Source: Octopus sinensis | Taxonomy: Eukaryota | Reading direction: 5' to 3' | Length of the DNA: 64,000 nt | NCBI RefSeq assembly: GCF_006345805.1 | Contig: NC_043011.1 | Location: 37,770,464 to 37,834,463, forward strand | In this document: in pieces, positions 23,721 through 37,120 of the stretch | How positions within the stretch are numbered: the stretch's first letter is position 1 | Layout of the letters: every line of letters begins with the position of its first letter | Notes under the pieces: model-generated | The model's database searches: none | Told to the model about the DNA's origin: nothing | The model's input: only the letters and a program-made list of their open reading frames with translations | Made by a program: the position numbers and the translations under genes

Positions 23721-24744
23721 TATTTTCTTTATTGTTGGACGTTTTAAACAATTATGGCAAAATCACTTTTGCGTTACCCATGTTTGGTTTTCTTATTTAG
23801 TTATTCATGGATTCCTACATGTACGCTTAATGGAGGTGCATTGAATATCAGACTAAACAAAATGAATGTTTATAAAAGTGAACGGACGCAGAATAAAACC
23901 AGAGCGAAACAGACAAACAACGCTGGTGTTTTACAACACAAATATCACACAAAAATGTTTTGTCCAATCAAAGTAACACTGGAATGTAAACATTCATTTG
24001 CTAAATAAAAAAAAATCTTGTATAAACTTTTACCACCACTCCTAGACGAATACCAAATATGAATTCTGCTAAAAGAAAATTCCCAGTCCTCCGTTTGCCG
24101 AAAGGAATCAAGGAAACAAAGAAATCGACACTAGTTGTAAATTTATTTATTTGAACATGAACAAATTTTGGTGGTACTTTACGGATACTCTAAAACAAAT
24201 ATCGAATATTGTTATGTCGTTTACTGGAAGTGAGATCTATTCTATTAGGCAGATATCTATTCTAGAGCAAATATCTATGTGCGTCGATAAATTGGCTTAG
24301 TGTGGCAGACGATTACTCATTGCTGAGGTCTTCAAACACACAACAATACAGAAAAATATCAGAGACAACGAGGACTCTACTCGTTAATAATTTTCGTATC
24401 ACAAATTGGGATATTTGGGAGCACTGAATTTCCCTTTAGTAATTTGATGTTGAAATCAGTCTTCGTGTTCTAAGAAATGCTGACGATTCATAAGAAGCTG
24501 ATGAATTTACAAAGGGCGATTCCGGGGTATGCATAGTAGTGCCTACAGTATGAAGGTTTCTAATAAACCAATATCAAAGCGCTTCATAAGCCAGAAAACT
24601 TCGAGTGATAAACTTGTTATAGCATCAGAGAAACTGCCAAGGAGTCTATAATTTGCTTCTTTAAAACTATGCTAAGATTAAAAGGTTTAACTTTTCATCA
24701 TACCAAGTATGATTAATTAATACAACAGTTGAGTAGTTTACGCT

Positions 24745-25440
24745 CTCAGTTCAGATTCCACCGACGTCGACTTAGTATTTCACTCTTTCGAAGGCCGATG
24801 AGATTAGTACTAATAGAGCTCTGGCGTGGATGACAGCGACTAGCTCTCTCACACAATATTTCAATCCTTGTGCTTAGGTCACAATCGTTATCATGCCGGA
24901 CAAACTGCTAAGCGGCATTTGGTCAGTCTTAACGTTCTGACTCCGAATTCCGCCGAGGTCGACATTCCTTTTCATTCTTTCGGTGTCGATCAAACAAATG
25001 TCAGTAAACTTCAAAGGTGGATTTAATCGACTAGCCTTCTCTCCAAAATTTCAACCTTTAGTAGAGAGTATTATTGTTATTATAATTGTAATGATCTGGC
25101 AGAATCATTACCGTATCGGTACAAATTGAATAACGACATTTCTTTATGTTCCGAGTTCAAATCCTGCCTTTCATCCTCTCGAATCGATTAAATAATAATA
25201 TTATTATCATTATTATTAGTAAGGCGGTGAGCTGGGAAAATCGTTAGCACACGGGCCGAAATGTTTAGCTGTATTTCGACTGCCACTACGCTCTGAGTTC
25301 AAATTCGACGCGGTTGATTTTCCATTTCATCCTTTCGGGTGGTCGATAAATTAAGTACCATTGAACCACTGGGGTCGGCGTAATAGACTAGTCCCCTACT
25401 CCAAAAATTTCAGGCCTTATGCTTATAGTAGAAATTATTA
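24745..25440 (+). mobile_element. Cluster of four head-to-tail SINE family 2 copies of differing divergence
   Basis: Cores at ~24755, ~24945, ~25153 and ~25298 (GAGTTCAAATTC...GTCGAC...TTCATCCTTTCG). The best copy is 25221-25440. Confidence 0.75.
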
Positions 25441-26914
25441 TTATTATTATTATATTATTATTATTATTATGTATTAGTAGTTGTAGTAGTAGTCGTAGTA
25501 ATATACACTGTTATTCATCTATCGTATTTTATACAACATTGTATTTACACTACTAAATGCGTACAAGAAACACAGAAGCGTTTTATGTTGTGGCGCTTTT
25601 TTAATCTTCTAATTGCATACCATTAATTAACTCTAAATTAGGGAAATGTTAAAGGATGAATTAACAATTAAATAGTTGCTAATATGTGTAATTTTATATA
25701 AACATATTTACTCATTATAAAATTTGTTTTTCAAAGGGAATATTATACACTGATGTGATGTGTGTATAGTTAAGTGTTCTCCATATCTCTTTCGATGTAA
25801 ATACTAGAAGGGATTAAAAATAAACGAGATAATAGAAGGAGATAAGTAGAATGTAAAATTAATTGAATAAGAATTTTAATGACAAAAGTATTTTATAGAA
25901 AAAGGAAAAAAAAATCAAAAACAAAGGAAGGCTCGACGTTTACACCTCCTCAATTAGAATAGCATCCTTTAAAATCGATGCATTAATTAATATATAGAGA
26001 TGTGTATTAAAATTGATTTAAAAATATTTGTGTGAATATCTATAAACGCATACTGATTATGTGAAAATAAGGTATGTGTATGTGGATGTTTCCATGTGTG
26101 ATACGTGCATATTCGATAGATGTACGTATATCAATACAAGCGTGGAAAATTATATGTGGATATATATGAGTGCTTATATAGATAGATACGTATGTATGTA
26201 TGAATATAACTATATTATGATTCTGTTTGTTCGTTCGTCCACACATTACGTTCTAACTTGTTAGATAGAGAGAGAAGCGGAATGAGTGAGAGACGGAGTA
26301 AGTGAAAGAGGTAGAGTTGGTGTGATAGTGACAGAGTGGGTGAGGGAGAGAGAGAGAGAGAGTGGGAGTGAGATAAATACATAGTTAAAAGATACATTAC
26401 GATGTGACGTGGTTAGCGGAAGTGAGAAGAGAAAGAGAAAGAAAGAATGTCAACGACGCGAACACGGTAAAAATGTTTGTTGAAGTAAGAGGTAGAGTGA
26501 AATATAAAGTGTTCAGCAAAGAGTAGTAATATCATATATTATTCTGACTGGAAAATAGATGCAGATTTTATATTCTTTGTCAATTTGCAATGAAATTGAA
26601 AATAATAATGTAAATTATAACATCGTGTATATTCACTATAACATTTTGTGCTCATGGTTTTGTGTATAAGATGTGAAGGAATCATGATAGGATATTGCGT
26701 AATAATGAATATGCTATTAAATATTGGCGTTGCAATTTCAAAAGAATATGAATTCAATACTGTAAAGACGGTTAATATATATTTGCATATTACTTATTGC
26801 ACAGAGAAAATAAAATTCATATGCAATAAACATGCAAATTTTCTTTTCTTTCTTAATTGTTTCCTCATATTTTTTTCATTCCGTAGAATTTCCGCGGATA
26901 CCGCTACTATATAT

Positions 26915-27335
26915 ACTCTTTTACTGTTTTACACTTTTACTTGATCCAGTCGTTTGACTGTGCCCTTGCAGGAGCACCGCCTTTAGTCGAGGAAATCGAC
27001 AACAGGACTTATTCTTTGTAAGCCTTATACATATTCTATCGGTCTCTTTGCCGAACCGCTAATATACGGAGACGTAAACACACCAGCATCGGTTGTCAAG
27101 CGATGTTGAGCGGGACTAACACAGACACACAAACATATACACACACATACATATACACATATATATATACAACTATACTACGGGCCTCTTTCAGTTTCCT
27201 TCTACCAAATCCACTCACAAGGATTTGGACGGATCGAGGCTATTGTAGAAGACACTTGGCCAAGGAGCCACGCAGTGGGACTGAACCCGGAACAATGTGG
27301 TTGGTAAGCAAGCTACTTACCCCACAGCCACTTCT
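26915..27335 (-). mobile_element. SINE family 1, full length
   Basis: Reverse-complement homolog of 4211-4629, including tail and internal CA/TA tract. Confidence 0.85.
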
Positions 27336-27339
27336 AGGC

Positions 27340-27421
<82 letters not shown>

Positions 27422-27464
27422 TGTGTGTATGTATGTTATGTATGTATGTATGTATATAAATATA

Positions 27465-27700
27465 TTTATTTCTTTATTGCCCACAGGGGGCTAAACATAG
27501 AGGAGACAAACAAGGACAGACAAGAGGATTAAGTCGTTTATATCGACCCCAGTGCGTGACTGGTACTTATTTAAGCGACCCCAAAAGGATGAAAGGCAAA
27601 GTCCACCTCGGCGGAATTTGAACTCAGAACGTAACGGCAGAGGAAATACCGCTAGTCATTTCGCCCGGCGTGCTAACGTTTCTGCAAGCTCACCGCCTTT
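27465..27700 (-). mobile_element. SINE family 2, near full length
   Basis: Homologous to 8565-8785. Confidence 0.85.
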
Positions 27701-28320
27701 ATATATATTTATATATGTTTGTGTGTGTGTGTGTGTGTACAAATATATATATATATATATAATCTTTTATTTTATTGATATCCAATGTGCATATTCGCTT
27801 TTTTTCTGCTTACGTTCCCCATGTCTTTTCCACACGTAGTTTCTATTTTCTTTTTGAAACATATTTCTATTATATATATTATATATATATATATATTATA
27901 TATATATGTAAATACTTGAGTATACATTTGTTTTCATATGCATATGTGTGTATTTGCGTATGTGTATATATCTATACGTTTGTATGCGCCTGCATTTATA
28001 CATTCACACATTTTCACGTACGTCTAAATGTATTTGTATGTGCTCCAATTTTACGTAAGCCGAATATATTTCTTTCTTAACATTTGATATTAATATATAT
28101 TTCATATATATATATAGTGTTACAATCAAGAATATTGCAATTTATGATACACTTCAAATCGGTTAAGTAGCTTTTCAGTTGATTATTGTAGTGTTTATTA
28201 TACAATTTTCATTTCTTTTCAAATAACTTTTCAAATATGACATGCATTAATTTCTTTTCCATGATACGTTTGCAATTGAGTTCCTCCTGACCTTATCTCT
28301 CCATATGTCACCTTTCATGA

Positions 28321-28386
<66 letters not shown>

Positions 28387-28813
28387 ACAAAACACATCTC
28401 ACCTTCACCTCTTTACCTGTCCTTTCATTCTATTCCCTTTATTTTATAACTCTAATACATATTTTACGCTTTATTATATTCTTGATAATGTTGCTCTATC
28501 AATGCTCTTAGTCACTATCTTTGTCTCTCTCTCTCTCTCTTTCTCACTATTTCCCTCTTTTTCACTTCCTCATTCTCTCATACGACTCAGTCATTTACTC
28601 CCCCTCATGAGCTCATTCTTCTATATGTACGATGTTTTTTTTCTTTCGTTGAATGCGTGTAGAATGTTCTTTACTCATTGCTTGTCCTGTTTGCGCACAC
28701 CTCCAGCATAGCCACATATTTTCCTCTTTACTCTATACGACGCAAAGCGTGGCTGGACGAATCAATCATCCTGCCAGCCAGCATTTGCATTAGCTATCAT
28801 ATGAATAAATATG

Positions 28814-28899
<86 letters not shown>

Positions 28900-29754
28900 A
28901 TGTATGTGCGTGTCTGTCTGTGTGTATTATGTGTAGATGGATGCACATATATGAAGCGAACATACATATACACACACACACTTATTCATTGCTATCGTTA
29001 AGCTGATCCCAGACGCTAATATACGATATTTTCAGCAAATAACGTTAGAACGAGAAAATTGAAACCATTGATTATGTTTTATTAATTTTTGGCAGATGTT
29101 TTTTAGAAGATGTTTTTTTCTTTTTCGATGGGGGTTGTTTCTATAGAAATATTGCACAATGTACAAAAATCATCAAGAACAACTAGATGTGCTGTAAATA
29201 AATGGCATTTCTCATTAAAGATACTGTCTATACAAGGAAATGGTATTGCCTAAGAAGCTAGTAATTTTTATCGCAAATGCAAGCATGTGCTTGTATTGAT
29301 TCTTTTACTGACAGACATATGCGACCCTAGATACACACAAAAATAAACTATAATCCCACTTGTATCCGGGGTGCTTTTAAGCAATATTTAATCGACTCCC
29401 CTACGTCGCTGTTATTTCATTTTATCAGCCTACGTTCTCAGCAGGATTTGTGTTAAATTACTCTCGAAGTTTTGTGTCCTGCCTCCTTAACATTAGGTAA
29501 AAAAAAAACAAATAATAATTAAGTTCAGTTGTTCCACAGCCTGCAAGATATGTTCCTTTGAGCACTGAGTACTGATAAATATATTTACCTCAGTTTTCTA
29601 TAGTTTAAAATAATTTGTATTAGAACATTAGAGTATATAACTAACGCACATACACACACTGAGCATGCCAACAAACGCATGAATTTATCATTTTTATCTC
29701 TCATATTCACTACACACGTACACATACACAAATATATATATATATATATATATA

Positions 29755-30058
29755 TAATAAAATATTAGGGAATAAATCCAAATTTACAGGGAAAAATCAG
29801 ATTTAGTATTGAATCCAATTTTATAGTAAAATATTATATAATATTAATTAGAGACAAAACCACTATTTTGTAAATCAAACAAGGAAATTCACTTCATAAC
29901 TTTAAGATTGAATGGAAGATATGTAATCCACCTGATGAATGTCATTTGAAGACAGGAAACAATTGTAGTGGCGATTTATTTACTTTATATTAAAATTTTT
30001 TTATGTATTGATTAAGTCTTTCCTTGTTTGATTTACAAAATAGTGGTTTTGTCTCTAA

Positions 30059-30070
<12 letters not shown>
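29755..30070. mobile_element. Hammerhead-containing element with perfect 52-bp inverted duplication, in (TA)n (family C)
   Basis: 29836-29887 is the exact reverse complement of 30019-30070. (TA)n lies on both sides. Confidence 0.75.
29928..29971 (+). ncRNA. Type I hammerhead ribozyme (GUA site)
   Basis: CCAC | CTGATGA | A-TGTC-ATTTGAA-GACA-G | GAAA | C-AATT-G | T-A | GTGG. Palindromic stem III loop; predicted cleavage after 29967; 10.1-11.1 is A.G. Confidence 0.8.
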
Positions 30071-30091
<21 letters not shown>

Positions 30092-30099
30092 GCGAATTG

Positions 30100-31345
30100 T
30101 CTGAAGGAGGCCAGTTGCATACCCTGTAGAATCAAATTTGCTGGCTGACACAGTTCTCCCAATTCAAATTTAGGCGTGATATATAGCAACTTGGCAAAAG
30201 CCTTTGATAAAAACACAAATGCCAGAAGTTGCGTGATCTGCACAGAGTCGAAAAACTTAGAGCGTGGCTATAGGACTTTCTGACCGATAGAAATTAGGGT
30301 AGCTAATGACGGTAACTCTAAGGAGAAGCAAATAATGAGTAAAGTCCCACAGAGCACTGCCTTCACATTAGCTCTCTCAGACACGCAATCAGCTGTGAAG
30401 ATAACCACATTTGCTAGATATGCAAGCAATATAAACGTTGCTCAGAGGATAGAGATCTCTGGAGATATTGCACAATAGGAGCTCGGCACAATATATAGGT
30501 GAGCGGAGGATAAAAACACGCAGTTTAATGCTCAAAGTTCCAAACCCAGACGAAGCTGAACGAAAATGCACTTAAGATACACAATTCCAGGAGATTGTTG
30601 CAATCCCTAAGTTAAAATCAGTACACCACCTAGGCACTGACATGAGTAACATGGCAAGTAAATTCAGGCGACTGATCAGATGGACTTTTAAAACTTTCAA
30701 AACCAGTGAGCAGGAAACACTGGTTGTCCTCCGGAGATAATTTATCGTCAGGCGTTTAGACAACTACTCTCAGCTCTAGTTACCACTCAGTTTAAAAGTA
30801 ACAGCGGAAGTCGAGGCAATCCAGTGAAGTTACACAAAGAAGATCATCTCGATATGAAAAAATCGACTACAAGGAGAGACTGAAAAAGTTAAGACTTTAC
30901 TCCTCAGAATAAGGGTGCGAAAGGTATGCAGTGATATACACCTGGAAAATCCTGGAAAGTCTTGTTCCAAGCTTTAGCATTGAAAGTTACACAAACCACA
31001 GAACGGGATGCCACTGCATGTTGCCAACGATTCCAAATTGCGATCAGGATACAGGACTAGATACTACAACAGCTTGAGTTTGAAGATTACTCAGCTTTTC
31101 AATATCCTCCCTAAATACTGACAGACCTAGATGTGGGTGTCTTCAAAACAAAACTGAATTTCCTTCTCTCAAGAGATCCGGATGAACCTACCTCGGAGGA
31201 GGAAATGCAGATGAACGCGGCAAATTCAAACCTCTTCATGCACGAAATGTCACATCTGAGAGGAAGTTACAAGCAGTGCAAGTGTAGCAAAACTAATTGC
31301 GGTGCCCCAGCATGGTCGAAGTTAAGGAGTTGGAATTAGAAAGAA
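30100..31345 (+). mobile_element. CR1-like LINE, 5'-truncated and decayed
   Basis: VIYSNLAKAFDK (~30177-30210), AWL*DFLTDR, later DVGVFKTKLNFLLSRDPDEP. 3'UTR ends GCGGTGCCCCAGCATGG followed by an A-rich tail. Confidence 0.8.
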
Positions 31346-32129
31346 AAGAAAAAAATATATGTATTTATATATGCAATGTTTGTGTGTGCGTGTGTGTGTG
31401 TAGCGATATGTATGCTCAAAGACAAACGGATGCATATTTCATGTCTCATAGTATATCCAAACATTCAAATTTTCCTAATAAATATCTCTCATGCCTCAGT
31501 CCTGTACGAACTCCTTTGCAATAGTTTTGTTTCTATGGCAACACCTTTAATGAATTATTTACATGTATGATTGGTGTCCCTCTGCCTTAAGCTAACATAC
31601 TTTTGGATCTGAATATTTGACAGAAGTAAATAATAAATTCAATTTTTTCAGAAATTATTTCAGCATACTAGTTCTTAAGAAAATATTTCAGCATACTAGT
31701 TCTTTGAACGAAGGCTGAAACACACAATAGGGACACCTGCAGACAAATTTTGAAGTTTACTTCTTAGACGTCGTCTATCTAATTAAGGATCTTTCCTAAT
31801 AACCCATAACAAAGGCAGCAATTGAATGTGTTCTAAACTGCTTTTGTATATAGATTTCATCAGTGGCGGATAGTGAAACCATAGAGGAAAGCAAAATTAG
31901 CTCGTAAGAAGCAAATTTTAAATGTTGATAGTAGTTAAGTACAAATTCTGCTCAAGCATACTAATTCTAACTATATTTACTTTAGTAAATTATTGATAAT
32001 AGTGAAGATAATGCTACTACAACTATTACTACTATAATAAGGACTGCTAACTCGAATAATGACCATAAATATAAAATGCAACTCGTCTAATTTTAAATGG
32101 AGAGGAAAAACAGATATGTTCATTAATAA

Positions 32130-33055
32130 AATTTCGAAAACAAATAAAGGCGAACCCGAGGTTCTCGAGATACGGAAACAAAACTAACATACAACCAGGG
32201 ACGGTGTCCCGCCAAAAAGATAACTCTGAACAGGCAGACCTGTCTCCTAATGTCACTGTCCTAGCGAAAAAAAAGATCCAAAAGCGATGTATTATATGCA
32301 TTTTACACTGCAAATCTATACCCGAGAAACACAGGGCTAACAAGAGAAACATACCAAATATGGAGAACAAGTAATGTTAGAAGAGGAAATGTCTCGGAAA
32401 ATATTCTTGCGAAAGTCCGGTGATATATCCAGTGAGAAGGTAAAAGTGCCACAAACCGAAATAGACAAACAAATAGAAATAATCACGGGGAAAATAAAGC
32501 AAAATATTTATAACTCAAAACAATGGGTCGCAATCAGTCAAGAACAGCACATCAGACATTATATCTCCGAAAACGCATAAGATACCAGAAAAGAAAGAAG
32601 AGAACACAATACAGACAACACTGCAGACATTGGTCAATTTATTGATAAGTGAACCAGAATCAACACAAAACTACATACTGGAAGAGTAAACCAACTTAAT
32701 TCCCCAAAACAAAGATACCGTACACCCACAAAATTACAGACCAATAACATGCATAACAACATCCTACAAAACCCTAACATCAGTCATCTATAACCGGCTT
32801 ATAAAGCTCCGAGAAATCAACAATGTCTTACCAGGAAAACAAAAAATGTGTTGAAAAGGGATGTATGACTGCAAGTAGCAATTTTTGATCTACCGACTAA
32901 TTATAGAGGATTGAATGAGAGGAAAAACAAACCTGAATATAACTTGGAATGGTTATCAGAAAGTATACAAAGTGTTCCACACTCATGAATACTGGAATTT
33001 CTCAACACCAATAAGGTCCCACCAACACTGCTAAAATATATTAAACATGTAATCT
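32130..33055 (+). mobile_element. R4/Dong-clade retrotransposon, decayed N-terminal RT region
   Basis: LIPQNKDTVHPQNYRPITCITTSYKTLTSVIYNRL (~32695-32800), followed by a PGKQKMC*KGMYDCK*QFLI segment homologous to 48397-48500. Confidence 0.8.
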
Positions 33056-33679
33056 CTCAAACCCCAAAACGCGTATACAGTTAATCAGAGTCGGGTGAAT
33101 TCGTTATTTTTTTCTCTTTACCTGTGTTAATTGTTGAGTATTGCTGTCTGGGAGATATCTTATGGTAGTAAAATAGTGTGTGTGTGTGTGTGGTGTGTGT
33201 GTGTGTGTGTGTGTGTGTCTTTGTCTGTGTCTTTTTCAGAGTGAATAACATAGTCCTTGTTATTCTGAACCTCTTACATGTTAGAAAATTATTATTTGTA
33301 AACCTCACCACGAGAGATATTCAACAACGGTACTTTGGAGTAAACATTGTTTGCCAACATAACATGGCAGTCCTGATTTAGGACGAATGTTGCTGTAATT
33401 TAGCCTCAGGAGACATCGTCTCCAGCTGGCTATACAACACGATCTGTGTCCCTTTACTCATACATGTTCTCCCACCTCATTCCCTCGCGTCATCATGCGT
33501 GGCTTAGATTCCCAGCAGAACATCGCTCATAATTTTTTCAGACATAAGATGCATCTTTTGCAAATACATCTCATTCAGGGTCCTCTTTTTTTATAAGACT
33601 AATCAATGTTCAACATGTTATAGAAGTCGTTTTTCCTGTCTTCTTATAATGAATTAAGAAATACATATCATGTTTTTGT

Positions 33680-34498
33680 TTAAGACCCCTGCGATATTTA
33701 GCAACTTATTGTCGGATTTTCTTGTAGTTTTCTTCCACGTTTGTGATTTGGTTCACTTTTTCCAGGTGATTTTAATATGTTTTCCTTCAGAATGCTGTGC
33801 CTCTTCTCACCGTTTTCTACCTATTCTTCGAGCTTCTCGCAAAGAATAATTTGAATATCGATGGTATGAAATTCAGATTAATGCAGCTGTGTTCAGTGTG
33901 AGTGTTCTTAGTTTTCAGTGAATCTGTTTGGAAAGCCAGTTTGTAGAAACTTCTGCTGTCTCCCGCCCTTTCTCTCCTGATCTATTTGTCTACCGCTTTA
34001 GCGCAATAGAACCTCGTTTGACCCTGTCTTTTTGTTTGTGTGTTAATTAGTTATTCCTCCCAGTACAGTTATCTTTTAAAACCCTCTCCCCGCAACAGGG
34101 CGCGTTTTGTGAAATCCAAAGATCATCAAGATTTGTAGTTCAAAAGAAACACCACCTAAACATGTGATCACTTAAAGTTATATCATCACAATGGCCATAG
34201 TCTAATCATATCAAGAAATTAAAACTTGCAAACAACATGTAGTTGGATGTCTTTGAGAGAGATGCTAGTAATTTTTCGTCCTTAGTAATGTAATACAAGG
34301 CAGGAAGCAGACATATGACGTAGTAATTCACTTGTTCAACTCTATATCGAATTAGGTAATGCATATTAAGTAACACATACGTTTTCGTTTAACACCCCTG
34401 CGATATTTAGCAACTTGTCGGATTGTCTTGTAGTTTTCTTCCACGTTTGCAATTTGGTTCACTTTTTCCCCCCAGGTGATTCTAAAATTTTTCTTTCT
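33680..34498. repeat. Pair of ~105-bp direct repeats about 708 bp apart
   Basis: CCCCTGCGATATTTAGCAACTT...GTCGGATT.TCTTGTAGTTTTCTTCCACGTTTG...CCAGGTGATT at 33680-33785 and 34388-34498. Confidence 0.8.
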
Positions 34499-35124
34499 TC
34501 ATATAAGTTCTGTTATGAGACGATATGTGGAGTTTTTGTGCTTATCATTTGTAAGGTGAAAAAAAGCCTATGGAACTTCGGAAATGCAAAAATATGTTTC
34601 TTTGCATTTCTTCTCATCTGGCCTCAGGCTCATTTTCCTTCTGGCAAAACGTGCTTCTAATTTTTACATAGAATTTTCAGGCTTTTTCATTCAGATATAT
34701 TTGTTGGGTGCTGTTAAAACCAGAAAAAAAAGAGACAAGATTTGTTATTTATTGTTCATATTAAACACTGTAAACTTTAGCTTTGCAGCACATGTAACGG
34801 TACGATGTTGCTATCTCTATTATATCTAGATGTGCCGTTAGCGAACACAATAGTGTTATTGCCATTAGAAACATTACCATTCTAAAGTGCATATATTAGC
34901 AGTAATGCTTTTTAAAAAATTTATCTATCTAAGTATTCCCTGAACCCATCTTTAAATTCCATAGCTTTGCTTAGGTGAGCAATCTACATTGCCATCATAG
35001 TCACGTAGATCGCCCACCCGAAAAATTATATGGAATACTATGTCATTTACAAAGAAGGAAAAAATAAATTGTCGTAGAATCTTTTACATTTGAAAATTTA
35101 ATTTCGTTTCAAATTTTGGCACAA

Positions 35125-35300
35125 GGCCAGCAAGTTCAGCGAGTATCAATGCTAGTACCGAACTGGTATTTGTTTTATAGACTCCAAAAGAATATAAGGC
35201 AGACTCGACCTCGGCACAATATGAGCGAAGAATTGAAAGTCGAGCGCAATGTTGCTAAGTATTTTTAGCCTGGCGTGCTTAACCATTCAACCAGTTCGCC
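35125..35300 (-). mobile_element. SINE family 2, degenerate
   Basis: GGCAGACTCGACCTCGGC...TTGCTAAGTATTTT..GCCTGGCGTGCT matches the family on the minus strand. Confidence 0.65.
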
Positions 35301-36172
35301 ACACTGTTTCAAACTTGTATTAACACTCTTACGGCATTTCAAAGACATTGGATCTTATTGTGTTGCTTGAATAAATATTAGAAGACTGGCAAATTGGTGT
35401 TTTATCCGTATCTGTGTCTAATGTTCAAAATCTTTTCGTTACAAGTGACAAGAATGTGATCAGAAAATGATTTAGCTGCTATGTCTTGTAGGACATGCGT
35501 TCGCAAACAGGTTCTCTCTTTGGTCCTTATATCTATCAGTACTTAATGTATAGCTGGTGCTTTTATTGTTGTGTATTATGCTTGCCGCTGAAAATTCTTT
35601 TGTAGACACAAGAAACAGCAAATATATTTTTATTGTCTATTTCCAGCTTCTTCGTAATTCTTAGAGAATGAAAAGAACTATTTTATTACAGCAATACCCA
35701 AGTGACAATAACAAACAAACCGTTTTTAAGTAACGTAGTTTTATCTAAAAAAAAAAATGCCATTCAATAGTTTATTTAGAATTTCTTTATGCTTTCGCAT
35801 GCCAATAAAAATTTCGCTTTTGCAAAAGAATTTTTTTTCTACGAGTTTGAAATATAGCGTTTCAAAACATGCATATGGATCCGAGAAAGGAAAACAACAA
35901 CCATTTATTTTAAAATTTTACAAGGATTTCTTTATACTTGCAGAATTTATGATGATGTTAATAATAATAATAATGTTAACGATGAATATTCTTTCAAATA
36001 TATTATTTCTGTTTCTAAATATAAGTTTATTATTATTATTATTATTATTATCATCATCATCATTATCATCATCATCATCATCCTCCTCCTCATCATTCTT
36101 TTTCTTATTATTATTATTATTATTAATATTATTATTATTATTATCATCATCATCATCATCATCATCATTATC

Positions 36173-36390
36173 AAGGTGGCGCGCTAGCAGAATCGTAAGC
36201 ACGCTGGGCACAATTCTTAGCAGTATTTCGTCTGCTGCTACGTTCTGAGTTCAAATTCCACCGTAGTCATTTTGTCTTCCATCCCTTCGGAGTCGATACA
36301 TTAATTATCAATCGCGTACTGGGGTTGATCTAGTTGATTGGCATTCTCCCACCAAATTTCAGGCCTTGTCACTATAGCAGAGTAAAGTAT
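36173..36390 (+). mobile_element. SINE family 2
   Basis: AAGGTGGCGCGCTAGCAGAATCGTAAGCAC head; GAGTTCAAATTCC; TTCCATCCCTTCGGAGTCGATA core. Confidence 0.8.
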
Positions 36391-36410
36391 TATTATTATT
36401 ATTATTATTA

Positions 36411-36441
<31 letters not shown>

Positions 36442-36457
36442 GTTATTATTATTATTA

Positions 36458-37050
36458 AGTGAGAGAGCAGTGCATGCCATCAAAGTGACACATGGGTAAA
36501 CTATACGAAGACTAGTATACCCATCATGACAACCCGTCTAGTAAGGGTACACTAGGCACAGGCATCACAACCATATGTGTGCGACATGGTGATCTGATAT
36601 CAAGATAAACAGCACATGAACTTGCAGTTGTGGCCCTGTTAGAATTTTTTTTGGTCGAGTAACCCATCCCGTTTAAAAGGTCCCTGAATAAGGGTTGTTT
36701 AAGGATGTTGAACGAAACACCCATGTTTCCAGAGCTGAATTATTCAAACCCCAAAGAATTCCTCTCAACACATTGCTATGATACTCCCCCACTACTTCTG
36801 CTCGTGATCAGAGATGCACATATCGTCAGCCACTAAGGGACATGCTCAACTGGTTAAGGTCAAACAACTGAGAAGCAAATCTGTGGTATTGAGTAGAATA
36901 TTTGCTGTAGCCCATCTTTTATACCAAGACAAAACAATGTAGATGATAACACTTCCAATCAGTTAAGATCAGCAGCCATGAGAGCCACTGTCTGGTACTG
37001 CATGAGGGCATTCCATGAGAGCCACTGACTGGTACTGCATCAGGGCGTTT
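36458..37050. mobile_element. Second copy of the ~560-bp (AAT)n-embedded repeat, opposite orientation, with a 37-bp terminal tandem duplication
   Basis: Reverse complement of 12975-13540. CCATGAGAGCCACTG.CTGGTACTGCAT.AGGGC.TT occurs twice at ~36977-37050. Flanked by (TTA)n. Confidence 0.75.
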
Positions 37051-37078
37051 AATTATTCTCTTATTATTATTCTTCGTC

Positions 37079-37119
<41 letters not shown>

Positions 37120-37120
<1 letters not shown>

